From an uncultured Thermoplasmata archaeon (GTDB taxonomy: Archaea; Thermoplasmatota; Thermoplasmata; Lutacidiplasmatales; UBA184): 64,000 bases of DNA. Every line of letters begins with the position of its first letter. Within the stretch, counting starts at the first letter, position 1. The notes beneath the pieces were generated by a model. That model made no database searches. It was given only the letters and a program-made list of their open reading frames with translations, and was not told the origin of the DNA. Where the stretch lies: contig CAWISZ010000004.1 in the NCBI GenBank assembly GCA_963838955.1, forward strand, positions 401,979 to 465,978. Reading direction: 5' to 3'. Below, piece after piece: positions 29,965-39,637 of this stretch. The position numbers and the translations under genes were made by a program.

Positions 29965-32900
29965 ATGAGCGCCCTTGGCAGAGACGTAGTCCCGCGATCG
30001 ATCCCCTGGCAGGCTGCGGCCCTGGCCGGGTTGGCGGCGGTAGTACTGCTGAGTAGTCTCTTGGCCCCGGTGGCGTCGTCGGTCGACCGGCCTGCCTCTC
30101 CTCTCCCCCCACACGCCGCGAGAGATTCACCGAACCCGCCCGTATCATCGTCTCCCGTCGCTGGGAATACCGGTCCGCACCCGGGAACCTTGGACATCTA
30201 CGAGGTCGCGCCCGGCGGTGGGAAGTCGGAGGATCCGTCGGTCGCCTACGATACGCTAAGTTACGAGCCGATTCTCAACGTCTATCAGACCCTCGTGGCA
30301 TACAACGGGTCGAGCACCACCAACTTCGTGCCCGAGCTCGCCACCTGCGTTCCGGGCTCGGCCCAGTGCACGACGCTCTATGGTTCGTCGCTCATCACGA
30401 ACAATCCCACTACGAGCCTCCCGCAGTACTTCACCTTCGTACTGGACTCCTCCGCCCAGTTCTATGACCCGAGCACGGGCGCCCGCTGGGGTGTCTACCC
30501 CTCGGACGTCATGTTCACCCTGTCCCGGACGATGAGCTTCTCGGAGCTCCCGGGCGTGGGAACCCAGAACGGATGGATCCAGACCCAGGCCCTCGTCCCG
30601 TTCGGCAACTACGCGTATGACGGCGGGATCCACTACCCGTACAACAACACTCCAGGCAATGTCCTCAGCTCGATGCTGGTCAACGACTCAACGTACTGCC
30701 CCGCAGCGGCTATGGCCCAGAACGGATGCATCACCTTTGACGCGGCCGGGAGCGGGACGGACTGGCCCTTCTTCCTCGAGCTCGTGGCGGACCCGCTCGG
30801 ATCGGGCATCGAGCCGTGCGGATGGTTCACCTACGTGGGCGCGGGTGTCCCCGGCTTCGCGGGAACCACGGCGGTGAATGGGGACGGGCCGTGCCTGCTT
30901 CCGGGCGGCGCGACCAGCACGAACTCCACCGCGTTCCAGAACTACGTGGCGACGGTCGACCCAACCTCGTGGGACTCGCTCCAGCTCCTCGCGGCGAGCA
31001 GCCCTCTGAACCCCCAGCCCGCAGTGAAGGAGAGCATGGTCGGATCGGGCCCGTACTACCTCGAGACGATCGACAACGCCATCGGGTACGTGCTGAAGGC
31101 CAACCCGGCCTACGAGGCGCCGACGGGATGCGCGAGCCAGCCTGGCTGCCAGCCCCTCCCCGGTGACTACCAGGGAACAGTCAATGTCTTCTGGGAGGAG
31201 ACGGACCAGCAGGGGATCGCGAACTACCGGGCCGGCCAGGCCGACCTTGGGGGGATCCAGCTCCCGGCCCACGTCTCGACGTTGCAGGGGCTCGTGGCAA
31301 ATGGGACGATCGATCTGACCTACATCCCCACCCTCTCGATCTTCTTCATGCCCTATAACCTGAACTTCAACGTCAGTCTTGCAAACTTCTGGCCCGGCGG
31401 CACGACGAACGTTCCGGGGGACTTCTTCAGCCAGATCGGCCTGCGCCAGTTCATCACCAACGCCTACCCGTACGCGTCGATCAACTCGAGCCTTCTCCAG
31501 GCGGGTAACATCTCCACGGGCTTCGGCTACGGTGGCGCGATTCCGAAGTACCTCGGGGACTACTACGCCTACAACATCACCTGGCCCCAGAGCAACCCCA
31601 GCACAAACCCGAACGCCACGGGTGGGGCGGCGTGGTGGTGGTCTCAAGCGAACAATGCGAGCTCTCCGTACTACGACGCCGAACTCGCGGCGTGCACCGC
31701 CGTGAACCCGTGCACCTTCGCGATTATCGGGACGCTGGGCTCAACCTTCATTACTAGTGCAATCCCGCTCCTCATAGCAGAGATTGAATCTCTCACCGGT
31801 GACCGGCTTCAGCCGTACCTCGCCACTCTGGGGTTCGGATACTGCGGCTACCCCTGCAGCCCCGGACCCGGTGGAGACACTCTCTGGAACCTCGGGTGGG
31901 CTCCGGACTACCCCGACCCGAGCGATTACACGGCGCCGATGTACCAACCTACCGAGACGGTCTCTTCAGCGTTTAGCTACACCGTTGCGGACTCGGTACC
32001 TCAGGAGTTGAGTCTCCCACAATTCAACTCACCCTCCTGTGCGTTCGCCTCGAATTATAGCAACCCCACCGATGCGTGGGCAGCGCTCGTCCACTACCAC
32101 GGCCTCCCAGAACTCCCCGACGCCTGCCAAGGAGTCGCCTTCAACATTACGAGTTACTGGTACCAACTCGCCGCGACACTCTCCATCGGGCCCCAGCGGA
32201 CGCTCGATTATCAGATGGCCAACCAGCTCGACTACCTGCTCGCGCTTTACATCTGGAACTTCCAGGACCAAATCCCTGAGACCTACGCTCCGTGGATCAA
32301 CGGTGCGACGCTGAACGCGAACCCCATGATCGGAGGCGGCGGCGACAACCCATGGTACACGCTCGGGTACTCCTCGAGCACGAACACGGTGACGTTCACG
32401 GAGAGCGGGATGCCGCCGGCGGCCGGCGGTGGGGTAGCCTTCAACGGAGGTGGGCTGACGCCGTTCGGTGCGGGCGGCACCCTGAGGTTCGGCGGTCTAG
32501 TGAATGGGAGCTACAACTACACGATCAGCGCGGCCACGGGCTACTACCGGTTGGTGTCGTCGAATCCTAGCTCGCCGGTGACGGTGAGCGGTTCGGGTGT
32601 GACGGTATCGGTGGTGTTCGAAGCGATCTACACCGTGACGGTCACGGAGCTCGGCATGCCGCCGACGGCCGGGGGCGGGGTCGAGTTCAATGGAAGCGGC
32701 CTGACGCCGTTCGCGCGCAACGTCGACGGGATCGGCACCGTGACCTTCAGCAATCTGACCAACGGGAGTTACAGCTACACGATTGGCGCTGGGACGGGCT
32801 ACCAGGTAGTGTCATCGACTCCGAACTCGCCGGTGGTGGTGAATGGGATAGACGCGACGGTATTGGTGGAGTTCGAAGCGGTTTTCTCGGTGACGTTCAC

Positions 32901-33348
32901 CCAGACGGGAATACCCAACGGCACGATCTGGACAGTCGAGGTAACGCGGACGTCGACGACGCCGCTGGCCGCGGCGTCGGGGGGAATAAGCTGGGTTGCG
33001 ACCTCAATAGCGCCGACGACACCCGACTACCTCGCGCCCGCGAACATGAGCTGGTCTGCGAACTCGACGGGGCCGACGGCTCTCTTTCAGCTCCCTAATG
33101 GGACGTATTCGTACGTGATCACGGCGTCCGGGTATCCCACCACGACCGGAACGTTCGCGGTCAATGGGCAGGCACAGCCGGTGCCTGTGACGGTCTCATC
33201 GAACTCCTCCGGGCTCGCCTGGTGGGTCTGCGCACTCATCGGGGTCGTGATCGCAGCGATAGTGATTGGTGCAGTGATTGCCGTGATGCGACGCAGTCGG
33301 CCGCCTAAGGGTTCTCCGTCGCCTCCTTCGCTGACGCCGCCCTCGTAA
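29965..33348 (+). CDS. Large family-5 (peptide) ABC substrate-binding protein with beta-sandwich repeats and C-terminal anchor
   Basis: DPSVAYD, NVYQTLV, DVMFTLSR, VGSGPY, GWAPDYPDP; repeats TVTFTESG; TM plus RRSR. Confidence 0.8.
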   Translation: MSALGRDVVPRSIPWQAAALAGLAAVVLLSSLLAPVASSVDRPASPLPPHAARDSPNPPVSSSPVAGNTGPHPGTLDIYEVAPGGGKSEDPSVAYDTLSYEPILNVYQTLVAYNGSSTTNFVPELATCVPGSAQCTTLYGSSLITNNPTTSLPQYFTFVLDSSAQFYDPSTGARWGVYPSDVMFTLSRTMSFSELPGVGTQNGWIQTQALVPFGNYAYDGGIHYPYNNTPGNVLSSMLVNDSTYCPAAAMAQNGCITFDAAGSGTDWPFFLELVADPLGSGIEPCGWFTYVGAGVPGFAGTTAVNGDGPCLLPGGATSTNSTAFQNYVATVDPTSWDSLQLLAASSPLNPQPAVKESMVGSGPYYLETIDNAIGYVLKANPAYEAPTGCASQPGCQPLPGDYQGTVNVFWEETDQQGIANYRAGQADLGGIQLPAHVSTLQGLVANGTIDLTYIPTLSIFFMPYNLNFNVSLANFWPGGTTNVPGDFFSQIGLRQFITNAYPYASINSSLLQAGNISTGFGYGGAIPKYLGDYYAYNITWPQSNPSTNPNATGGAAWWWSQANNASSPYYDAELAACTAVNPCTFAIIGTLGSTFITSAIPLLIAEIESLTGDRLQPYLATLGFGYCGYPCSPGPGGDTLWNLGWAPDYPDPSDYTAPMYQPTETVSSAFSYTVADSVPQELSLPQFNSPSCAFASNYSNPTDAWAALVHYHGLPELPDACQGVAFNITSYWYQLAATLSIGPQRTLDYQMANQLDYLLALYIWNFQDQIPETYAPWINGATLNANPMIGGGGDNPWYTLGYSSSTNTVTFTESGMPPAAGGGVAFNGGGLTPFGAGGTLRFGGLVNGSYNYTISAATGYYRLVSSNPSSPVTVSGSGVTVSVVFEAIYTVTVTELGMPPTAGGGVEFNGSGLTPFARNVDGIGTVTFSNLTNGSYSYTIGAGTGYQVVSSTPNSPVVVNGIDATVLVEFEAVFSVTFTQTGIPNGTIWTVEVTRTSTTPLAAASGGISWVATSIAPTTPDYLAPANMSWSANSTGPTALFQLPNGTYSYVITASGYPTTTGTFAVNGQAQPVPVTVSSNSSGLAWWVCALIGVVIAAIVIGAVIAVMRRSRPPKGSPSPPSLTPPS

Positions 33349-33391
33349 CCTGGAGGCGGGTCGCCCAAAATGGTCGGTTAAGCTCAGGGCC

Positions 33392-34201
33392 CTACCGCGC
33401 TCCGACTAGGACGCGAAAGTTATGTTCCTGCCAGACCACCCGAGTCTCGGTGAACCCGGCGTCACGCAACATCCTCTCCTGACGCTCCAACGATACCGGG
33501 ATCTTCGGACCTGTCATCCTTCGCGGCGGTATCGGACCGGGCAGCCGTACCTGGCGCTCTCGCAGGGAAGGTTGCATGGAGGGTTCGCGTTCTACCTCCC
33601 GCCACCACTTCGCCCAGCTCACTTTGAACGATTGCACGCTCGTCTTCTGCCTCTCCTTCGTCCGATGTCCTTCGACCTTCTTCGTCCCGCCGCCAATCCG
33701 TTCGGGTGATCTGCGGGAGGGCAGGTAGTCGCCATTGACAAGAAGTCCGCCGGGGCGCAGGAGTCGCCCAAGATTTCGGTAGAGGTGCCCGATCTCGTCC
33801 GCTTCGAGCCAGTGCAACGCCAACGACGAGACGACTGCATCGACGCGGCGAAGGGGGAGTTTGGAGGACCAGTGCTCCTCTCGGATGTCGGTCAGAACCC
33901 AAGTGATCCGTCTCCGGAACCGATACAGCGCCTCGGCCCCGATCTGGAGAAGGACCGGATCCGTGTCCACCGCGATGACTGCAGACTTCGGAAAGTGGCG
34001 CAGAATTCGGACGGTCAGCGGTCCGGGCCCCGTTCCGAGTTCGACCACCCGGAAGGGTCCGTGGAAGTGAGCAGCCAGAACCTCGAGTATCGCTTCCGTC
34101 CGCTTGGCGCGGGTCGGGTCGATTGTTTCGAAGAACATGGGGTCCCACCTCTTGAGGAGGCCCTGGCATAGGCGTGTAGTTCCCGCACGCTCGTTCGTCA
34201 T
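33392..34201 (-). CDS. Class I SAM-dependent methyltransferase
   Basis: VVELGTGPG, AVDTD, DAVVSSLALHW, LRPGG. Confidence 0.9.
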   Translation of the reverse strand: MTNERAGTTRLCQGLLKRWDPMFFETIDPTRAKRTEAILEVLAAHFHGPFRVVELGTGPGPLTVRILRHFPKSAVIAVDTDPVLLQIGAEALYRFRRRITWVLTDIREEHWSSKLPLRRVDAVVSSLALHWLEADEIGHLYRNLGRLLRPGGLLVNGDYLPSRRSPERIGGGTKKVEGHRTKERQKTSVQSFKVSWAKWWREVEREPSMQPSLRERQVRLPGPIPPRRMTGPKIPVSLERQERMLRDAGFTETRVVWQEHNFRVLVGAR

Positions 34202-34203
34202 GT

Positions 34204-34235
34204 CGCGCTCATCGCGGTCACATCATCGAACGCGC
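34204..34235. repeat. 32-bp intergenic repeat, copy 1
   Basis: cgcgctcatcgcggtcacatcatcgaacgcgc. Confidence 0.85.
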
Positions 34236-34245
34236 GTGTCCCACT

Positions 34246-34677
34246 TCAAGGTCGTGGCTTGAACGCCATCAGCTCGATCCACACACCGTCGGGATCCGCC
34301 ACGTACGCCGCTCGCCCATTGGACAACGGACGCGGGGGTATCAAAATGGAAGTGTCATATGGGCGAACCTTCACCTTCCCTCCGACCCGGCGAAGTCGGC
34401 GGACCCACGCGTCCACATCGTCAACCCAGAAACCAAAATGGTCCATCTCTGAGCCCTTTCGGTACGTCTCGTAGACCGAGCTCCCCCTGCGGAACTGGTT
34501 GAGTTCAATCGTGAAGCGACCTCTCGGATGCTCTAGCTGAGCGGCCTCGCCAATCGGGGTTCGCATTCGAATCGTCTGCCGAAAACCGAGAGCCTTGTAG
34601 AACCGTATCGAACGGTCCAAGCTCCGGACCCGCAAGCCGGTATAGAGCGGTCGCACCGCTTTTCGTGGACCTGGCAC
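34246..34677 (-). CDS. VOC/glyoxalase family protein
   Basis: LRVRSLDRSIRFY, IELN, DHFGF, DPDGVWIEL. Confidence 0.9.
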   Translation of the reverse strand: MPGPRKAVRPLYTGLRVRSLDRSIRFYKALGFRQTIRMRTPIGEAAQLEHPRGRFTIELNQFRRGSSVYETYRKGSEMDHFGFWVDDVDAWVRRLRRVGGKVKVRPYDTSILIPPRPLSNGRAAYVADPDGVWIELMAFKPRP

Positions 34678-34746
34678 GGGAACCCGATTGCGGCTGCATC
34701 CGTTTAATCGTTCGGTCGTGGTCCGGGCAGCTCTCGCGTTATCCCG

Positions 34747-34778
34747 CGCGTTGATCGCGGTCCGCTCATCGGTCGCGC
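34747..34778. repeat. 32-bp intergenic repeat, copy 2
   Basis: cgcgttgatcgcggtccgctcatcggtcgcgc; 25/32 to copy 1 (hand count). Confidence 0.75.
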
Positions 34779-34796
34779 TTCACCCTCCCCCCGGAG

Positions 34797-35402
34797 TCAG
34801 TAGAACTCCCATCGGCTAAGGGAGGTGGAGACACCGAGCAACATCTGAATCCGCGACGGTACCAGCTCACCGTGCATCTCGCGGGAAACGAGGACGCACA
34901 TGCGAGTGCTCCCCTCAACCAAGGTGTACGGCCCCGTCGGCTGTTCCGCGACCATGATGGGACAACCATTCATTCTCGATAGATCGAACGTCGAACGAAG
35001 GTGCGGATAGTACGAGGACTTCCAGATGCGGGGCGTCGCCCCGTTGTCGAGCGCCGAGGCCAGCTCTCTGAGACGCCGGGTGGGTGCCATATCGGTGAAG
35101 ATGCGGAGGTTCATGACCCGCACTTCGCCCCATGACGCCGAACGGAGATCGCCGAGGAACCACTCCGTACCCAGATCCATCAGGGGCTGAACGATTGATG
35201 ACCGAGTTGACAGGACGGCAACTCGAAGAGCTTGCCAATCCTCATTCGTAAGTGTGTCGCGCTGGTCGGTGAGGACACGATCCTTGAGCGCGAGCGAAAT
35301 TGTTGGCTGGTCATGCCTCGGACCCCCCTCGGGGATCTCAAACTCGGCCCGCGCAAAATTCCAGAACAGATCTCGCTCTGAGCCTCTCTTGAGTGATATC
35401 AT
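34797..35402 (-). CDS. Hypothetical protein (C-terminal LVEGSTR reminiscent of ParB/Srx-like fold)
   Basis: ATG-started 201-aa ORF with protein-like composition, bounded by two repeat copies. Confidence 0.65.
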   Translation of the reverse strand: MISLKRGSERDLFWNFARAEFEIPEGGPRHDQPTISLALKDRVLTDQRDTLTNEDWQALRVAVLSTRSSIVQPLMDLGTEWFLGDLRSASWGEVRVMNLRIFTDMAPTRRLRELASALDNGATPRIWKSSYYPHLRSTFDLSRMNGCPIMVAEQPTGPYTLVEGSTRMCVLVSREMHGELVPSRIQMLLGVSTSLSRWEFY

Positions 35403-35548
35403 CCGGCAACTCCGATCTAGGCGCAGTAGAATAGCAGTGCGTTCCGTGACGTGGGACTTCGTAGGCGTCCTGTCGAACCCCTCCGTAAGAGCTGGGTTCC
35501 GGGTCGAGGGAAGCGGAAGCCCGGCGTCGTCTCATGCCCGACGGCCCG

Positions 35549-35580
35549 CGCGCTAATTGCGCTCCTCTCACCGACCGCGC
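35549..35580. repeat. 32-bp intergenic repeat, copy 3
   Basis: cgcgctaattgcgctcctctcaccgaccgcgc; 24/32 to copy 1. Confidence 0.7.
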
Positions 35581-35582
35581 GC

Positions 35583-36870
35583 TCAGGGTGATTGCTTCGT
35601 GCGACTCTGAGGTGGCACGGAACTTCTCCGACGGCGCCCCAGCAGGTCCACGATTGCGGGGCCAAGCGTGTCTCTCCAGCACAGGTAGTCGTGACCCCCG
35701 GCAAACTCGTGATACGCCACTCGATGCCCTTTCGCTTGCAACACGTCGCGCAGGTGGCGATTCGAGGCTGAGTATGCTCGGGGTCTCGCGGGTTCTCCCG
35801 CTGCTGGTCTCAAGGGTACCCGCCTCCAAGTAGAATCGGACGCCCGAGCGAGGAGAAACGGCGTACTCCCTGGCGAGGAGGCCCGGCTCCTCCTTCGCGG
35901 GGGACCACCAGAACGCGCCGGACTGAGAGAGTACGTTGCCGAACTGGCTGGGACACTGTAACGCCGCATAGGCCGCCGCGAGTCCGCCTAAGCTGGACCC
36001 GACCAGCACCGTCCGGGCCGTGGCGAACGACCTCCCCAGTCGGCGCTCGACCCACGGGCGCAACTCTCCTTCGAGGAATCGAACGAACGAATCGTTGCAG
36101 GTGAGCTCCCGGCTGCGATCCGGATGCGACAGGCTGTCGATCAGGACCGCGTAGGTCGGGCCGATCCGGTTCTGGCTCTGCAACCGATCCAAGATTGCCG
36201 GGGTTGGCACCAGGGTGAGGTAGGCCAGCCCATCGAACACTATGAGCAAGTTCGATGCAACGGATGCCGGCTGCGGACTACCTCGGGGCCTATAGATCCA
36301 GATTCGACGCGTGTTCCTTAACGTCGGACTCCGGAAGCGATGCAGCTCGACTCGGCTGAACGCGGCGGGTACCTCTCTGCCGAGCGAGGCCGCCGGTCGC
36401 GCCTTTGGGAGGCTCAGCACCGATCCAACTATCTCCTTGTCCTTCGGATCCTCCGGGTCGGCAGGGAAGACGAACGTTAGCGGGTTGAGAGGGTCTCTCT
36501 TCCACCGTAGCGAATACTTCAGCCAGTCGATGGGCCGCGTCAGTCTCCTTGGTGGGGGCGTGTCGACGAAGAAGTAGACCGTTCGAACGTCGGCGCCAAC
36601 ATGGTGGGACCTGTACCAAATGTCCGTGCCAGCCAATCGCTCCAGTCGCCCTCGGTCCCAATCGAAGTCATCGAGGACACTGAGAACGGCTGCATCGCAG
36701 TCCCGGGAAGAGCGCCAGAGGAAGGTCACTCGGCGGTGCTCTAGGTCTCCCGGGGCGGACTCAATCAGCGGCGTACCCAAGGCTTGTCGATGAGACCAGA
36801 AACGGCGCACCGACGCCCTGGTACCGCCTCGGATCCGACGTAGCACGGGGCTTTCGACCGCTAGCTTCAT
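35583..36870 (-). CDS. Fes/enterochelin-esterase-like alpha/beta hydrolase, frameshifted near 35769
   Basis: VTFLWR, DPLNP, RRIWIYRP, FDG, GSSLGG nucleophile, SQSGAFWW; C-terminus (NRHLRDVL...FAGGHDYLCW) in a shifted frame. Confidence 0.85.
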
Positions 36871-36955
36871 TGGTATCCCTTCTTTGAAGGTCCGTAGCCC
36901 TATAACGCGGTAGGAACGGCGTGTGGCCGGGAGTATCGTCTCGGTCAATCCAGAG

Positions 36956-36987
36956 CGCGCTCATCGTGGTCACACCATCGAACGCGC
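36956..36987. repeat. 32-bp intergenic repeat, copy 4
   Basis: cgcgctcatcgtggtcacaccatcgaacgcgc; 30/32 to copy 1. Confidence 0.85.
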
Positions 36988-37040
36988 GCGTCAGCGAGAC
37001 ATGATAAGAACCGCCGGGTGTCAGTTCCGCCGGTATTCCG

Positions 37041-37865
37041 ATGGCAAGAGTCGGCTGGGACGCCCTAGCGAAGTGGCGGGACTACCGGATGGGGGAGGGA
37101 GGCGACCTCTGGCACCGGGCGCTGATCGACCCCACGCTACTGGCTGTGCTCGGGTCGGTCCGGGGTCGTTGTGTCCTGGACGTCGCCTGTGGAAATGGCT
37201 ACCTGACCCGTCGTTTCCGACGCCAAGGAGCGACCCGCGCGATAGGCGTCGATGCGTCGCCCGCCTCGATCCGACTGGCCCGCCGGCGAGAAGCCGCCCG
37301 GCCCTCAGGGGCCGAGTTCATTCACGGGGATGCCGCTCGACTGACCCAGCTCGAGGCCGGGACATTCGATCGAATCGTTGCCAACATGGCGTTCATGGAT
37401 ATCCGCGACGCGGCCGCCACGATCCGAGAGATGGGGCGCCTCCTCGCGCCCGGCGGTCGCCTTGTTTTCTCGATCAACCACCCCTGCTTTGAAATCGACG
37501 AAAGGTCCGCGTGGCTGATTGAGCGGCCTCCCTACCTCGAAATCATCTCCCGAAAGGTTGAGAAGTACCGAAGCGAACGCCCCGTCCGCGTGGCTTGGAA
37601 GATCTCTGACACCGAGACGGCGTACACCATCTCCTACCACCGCACGCTGGCGACGTACTCTCGATACCTGCGGGATGCTGGGCTCGTCATCCTGCGGATG
37701 GAGGAGCCGGCGCCGAAGCCCGAGCTCATTCAGAAGAGCACGCAGGGTCGACTCATCGCCGAGATCCCGCTTCACCTCGTCGTGGAGGCTGCCCCATGGG
37801 ACAGCCGCCCCGGCCGGGTTGGACTGCGGACGAGGGGCACGCCGAGGTCATCCATCAACGCGTGA
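37041..37865 (+). CDS. Class I SAM-dependent methyltransferase
   Basis: VLDVACGNG, GVDAS, GDA, LAPGG..VFSINHPCF, YHRTL. Confidence 0.9.
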   Translation: MARVGWDALAKWRDYRMGEGGDLWHRALIDPTLLAVLGSVRGRCVLDVACGNGYLTRRFRRQGATRAIGVDASPASIRLARRREAARPSGAEFIHGDAARLTQLEAGTFDRIVANMAFMDIRDAAATIREMGRLLAPGGRLVFSINHPCFEIDERSAWLIERPPYLEIISRKVEKYRSERPVRVAWKISDTETAYTISYHRTLATYSRYLRDAGLVILRMEEPAPKPELIQKSTQGRLIAEIPLHLVVEAAPWDSRPGRVGLRTRGTPRSSINA

Positions 37866-37921
37866 TCGAGCCCGCGCCCGATACCGGTCCGTAATCCATT
37901 CGCGTCGCGAGGTTCACCTCG

Positions 37922-37952
37922 CGCGCTCCTCGCGTTCGGTCATCGAACGCCT
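37922..37952. repeat. Intergenic repeat, copy 5 (31 bp)
   Basis: cgcgctcctcgcgttcgg-tcatcgaacgcct; 25/32 to copy 1 with a 1-nt gap. Confidence 0.7.
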
Positions 37953-37996
37953 GCGCCTTCCATCAACGGGTGCTTTGTGGAAGGCGAGCCCTCCCA

Positions 37997-39073
37997 TCAC
38001 GCCTTGTGGCCGGTCATTAGCAGGGTCCCGCTGGCCCCTCGGAAGAGCGGCAGGGCCTCCTCAGGTACCTTCGCGGTTCGGGCATACGTCTCGAGGTCGG
38101 GCTCATCGACCTTGACCTCTACGAAGCCCGCCTGCCGACCGATCTGTTCGAACTCCGCCTTATCGAAGAACCGGATCCGGGACGCGAACGGCTCGGGTGC
38201 CGCGGGCGTCCCTTTGAGAGCGGCGGTGGCGCCGAAGACGGCGAGTCTCCCACCCGGACGCAGCGCCCGCCGGATCTCCTTCAAGGCAGCAACCGGATCC
38301 GGCAGGAACCCGATCACCCCGGTCGTGACGGCGCACGTGAAGGTATCGTCGGGGACAGGAAGATGGGACGCCTCGCCGTTGAGCACCGTGAGCGTGCCGG
38401 TGGCCACGGCCTCTCGGTTCTGATCGATAGTTAGTCGGACCATCTCGGGGCTGTGGTCGACAGCCGTGGCGTGACAGCCGCTCTCGAGAGCCTTACGCAT
38501 GAACGCCCCACCCCCACATCCGACCTCCAAGAGATTGTCTTCGGACTTGAGGGCGATGCGATCTAGGATCAGGAGGAAGTTGGGCCAGTGGAAGGTCGGA
38601 TTCGCGTGCGTCTCCCGAGCCCATGGACCGGTGGGGCGGCGAACCCGACGGTCGGTCAGCCAGTCACCGAGCCCTTCGGGAGAGATCGCATAGAAGAGGG
38701 AGGCCAGCACGCTGCTGCCGAACCAGGCGGCCAAATCCGCCCCCTCGTCGGCAAAAGGACCGCCACACCCTCGAACTTCGAAAGTGATCTGTGTCCCATC
38801 GGAGATTGCCTCGAACCGGAGCTCGACCGACGCTTTGTCGTCTTGCTTCCCTGTCGCGGGTCGCCAATCGAGAGCGAACCTCCGTCCCGGCTCCCAGGCG
38901 GTAATCCTTCCCACCTCCTCTCCACGCTGAACCACCCGGCCGTGGGGTCCGGGCTCCAGCGATAATCCTCCTCGCGAAAGCGCATCGCGCAGGTCGGCAA
39001 GGACCTCCTCGAATGCCAGCAAGGGGGCGAGGGAGACGTCCAGTGTCGTGGTCATCGACCGCAATTCGCTCAC
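37997..39073 (-). CDS. SRPBCC/START-like domain fused to a SAM methyltransferase
   Basis: GRITAWEPGRRFALDW..VELRFE; LLEVGCGGG, AVDHS, LRPGG. Confidence 0.8.
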   Translation of the reverse strand: MSELRSMTTTLDVSLAPLLAFEEVLADLRDALSRGGLSLEPGPHGRVVQRGEEVGRITAWEPGRRFALDWRPATGKQDDKASVELRFEAISDGTQITFEVRGCGGPFADEGADLAAWFGSSVLASLFYAISPEGLGDWLTDRRVRRPTGPWARETHANPTFHWPNFLLILDRIALKSEDNLLEVGCGGGAFMRKALESGCHATAVDHSPEMVRLTIDQNREAVATGTLTVLNGEASHLPVPDDTFTCAVTTGVIGFLPDPVAALKEIRRALRPGGRLAVFGATAALKGTPAAPEPFASRIRFFDKAEFEQIGRQAGFVEVKVDEPDLETYARTAKVPEEALPLFRGASGTLLMTGHKA

Positions 39074-39169
39074 GACCCCGACCTCATTCGTTGGGAACGA
39101 GGAGGCTCCTGATTACTTGGGCCCGTCCGGAAACCCGTCAGTTTCGAGCGACTCCGGCGGGGTAGAGGA

Positions 39170-39637
39170 TCATGCACCGCGTGCAACGGATTCATGTCGG
39201 ACGGGAAAGTTCACCGAGGCGGCGATGAAGCACATCCGGTGAGCGTCATCGTGCAGGGTCTCAGCTCGAGCCGCGTCAGCAGCAGCGATCGTCACCCTCG
39301 GCCGCAAGACGACCTCCGTGAATCGACCGCTTCCGTCGGGGCCGAGTTCCATCGTCCCCTCACTGTCATCAGTGTAACCCGTGACGACAATGCCTGCGAT
39401 CGCACACAGATGGAGGTACCACAGCATGTGGCAGGCCGATAGGGACGCGACCAACAGCTCCTCCGGGCTCCAGCGAGAAGGGCTTCCACGAAAGGTGGGA
39501 TCCGACGAGCCGAGGAGATCGGGCTTGCCGGGGGCAGAAATCACGTGTTCGCGCCCGTACGCGTCGTACCTGCCGGTTCCGCTCCCCTGGTCGCCCGTCC
39601 ACTCCACACGTGTTCGATAGATGTGCACCTTCGCCAT
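39170..39637 (-). CDS. OsmC/Ohr family protein
   Basis: SPEELLVASLSACHML and AHRMCFIAASV (two Cys). Confidence 0.92.
   Translation of the reverse strand: MAKVHIYRTRVEWTGDQGSGTGRYDAYGREHVISAPGKPDLLGSSDPTFRGSPSRWSPEELLVASLSACHMLWYLHLCAIAGIVVTGYTDDSEGTMELGPDGSGRFTEVVLRPRVTIAAADAARAETLHDDAHRMCFIAASVNFPVRHESVARGA

Noticed and set aside
33231..33260. Possible sixth repeat copy (cgcactcatcggggtc)
   Set aside because: Only the left arm matches, and it lies inside the TM-coding sequence of the binding protein; probably chance.
33349..33391. att duplication of the tRNA-Glu 3' end marking an integrated element
   Set aside because: No copy of the tRNA 3' sequence was found here.
34204..37952. CRISPR array or classical integron attC array
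   Set aside because: Intervals are 0.5-1.4 kb whole genes, the repeats are degenerate, no cas or intI gene is present, and the AAC/GTT core is not invariant.
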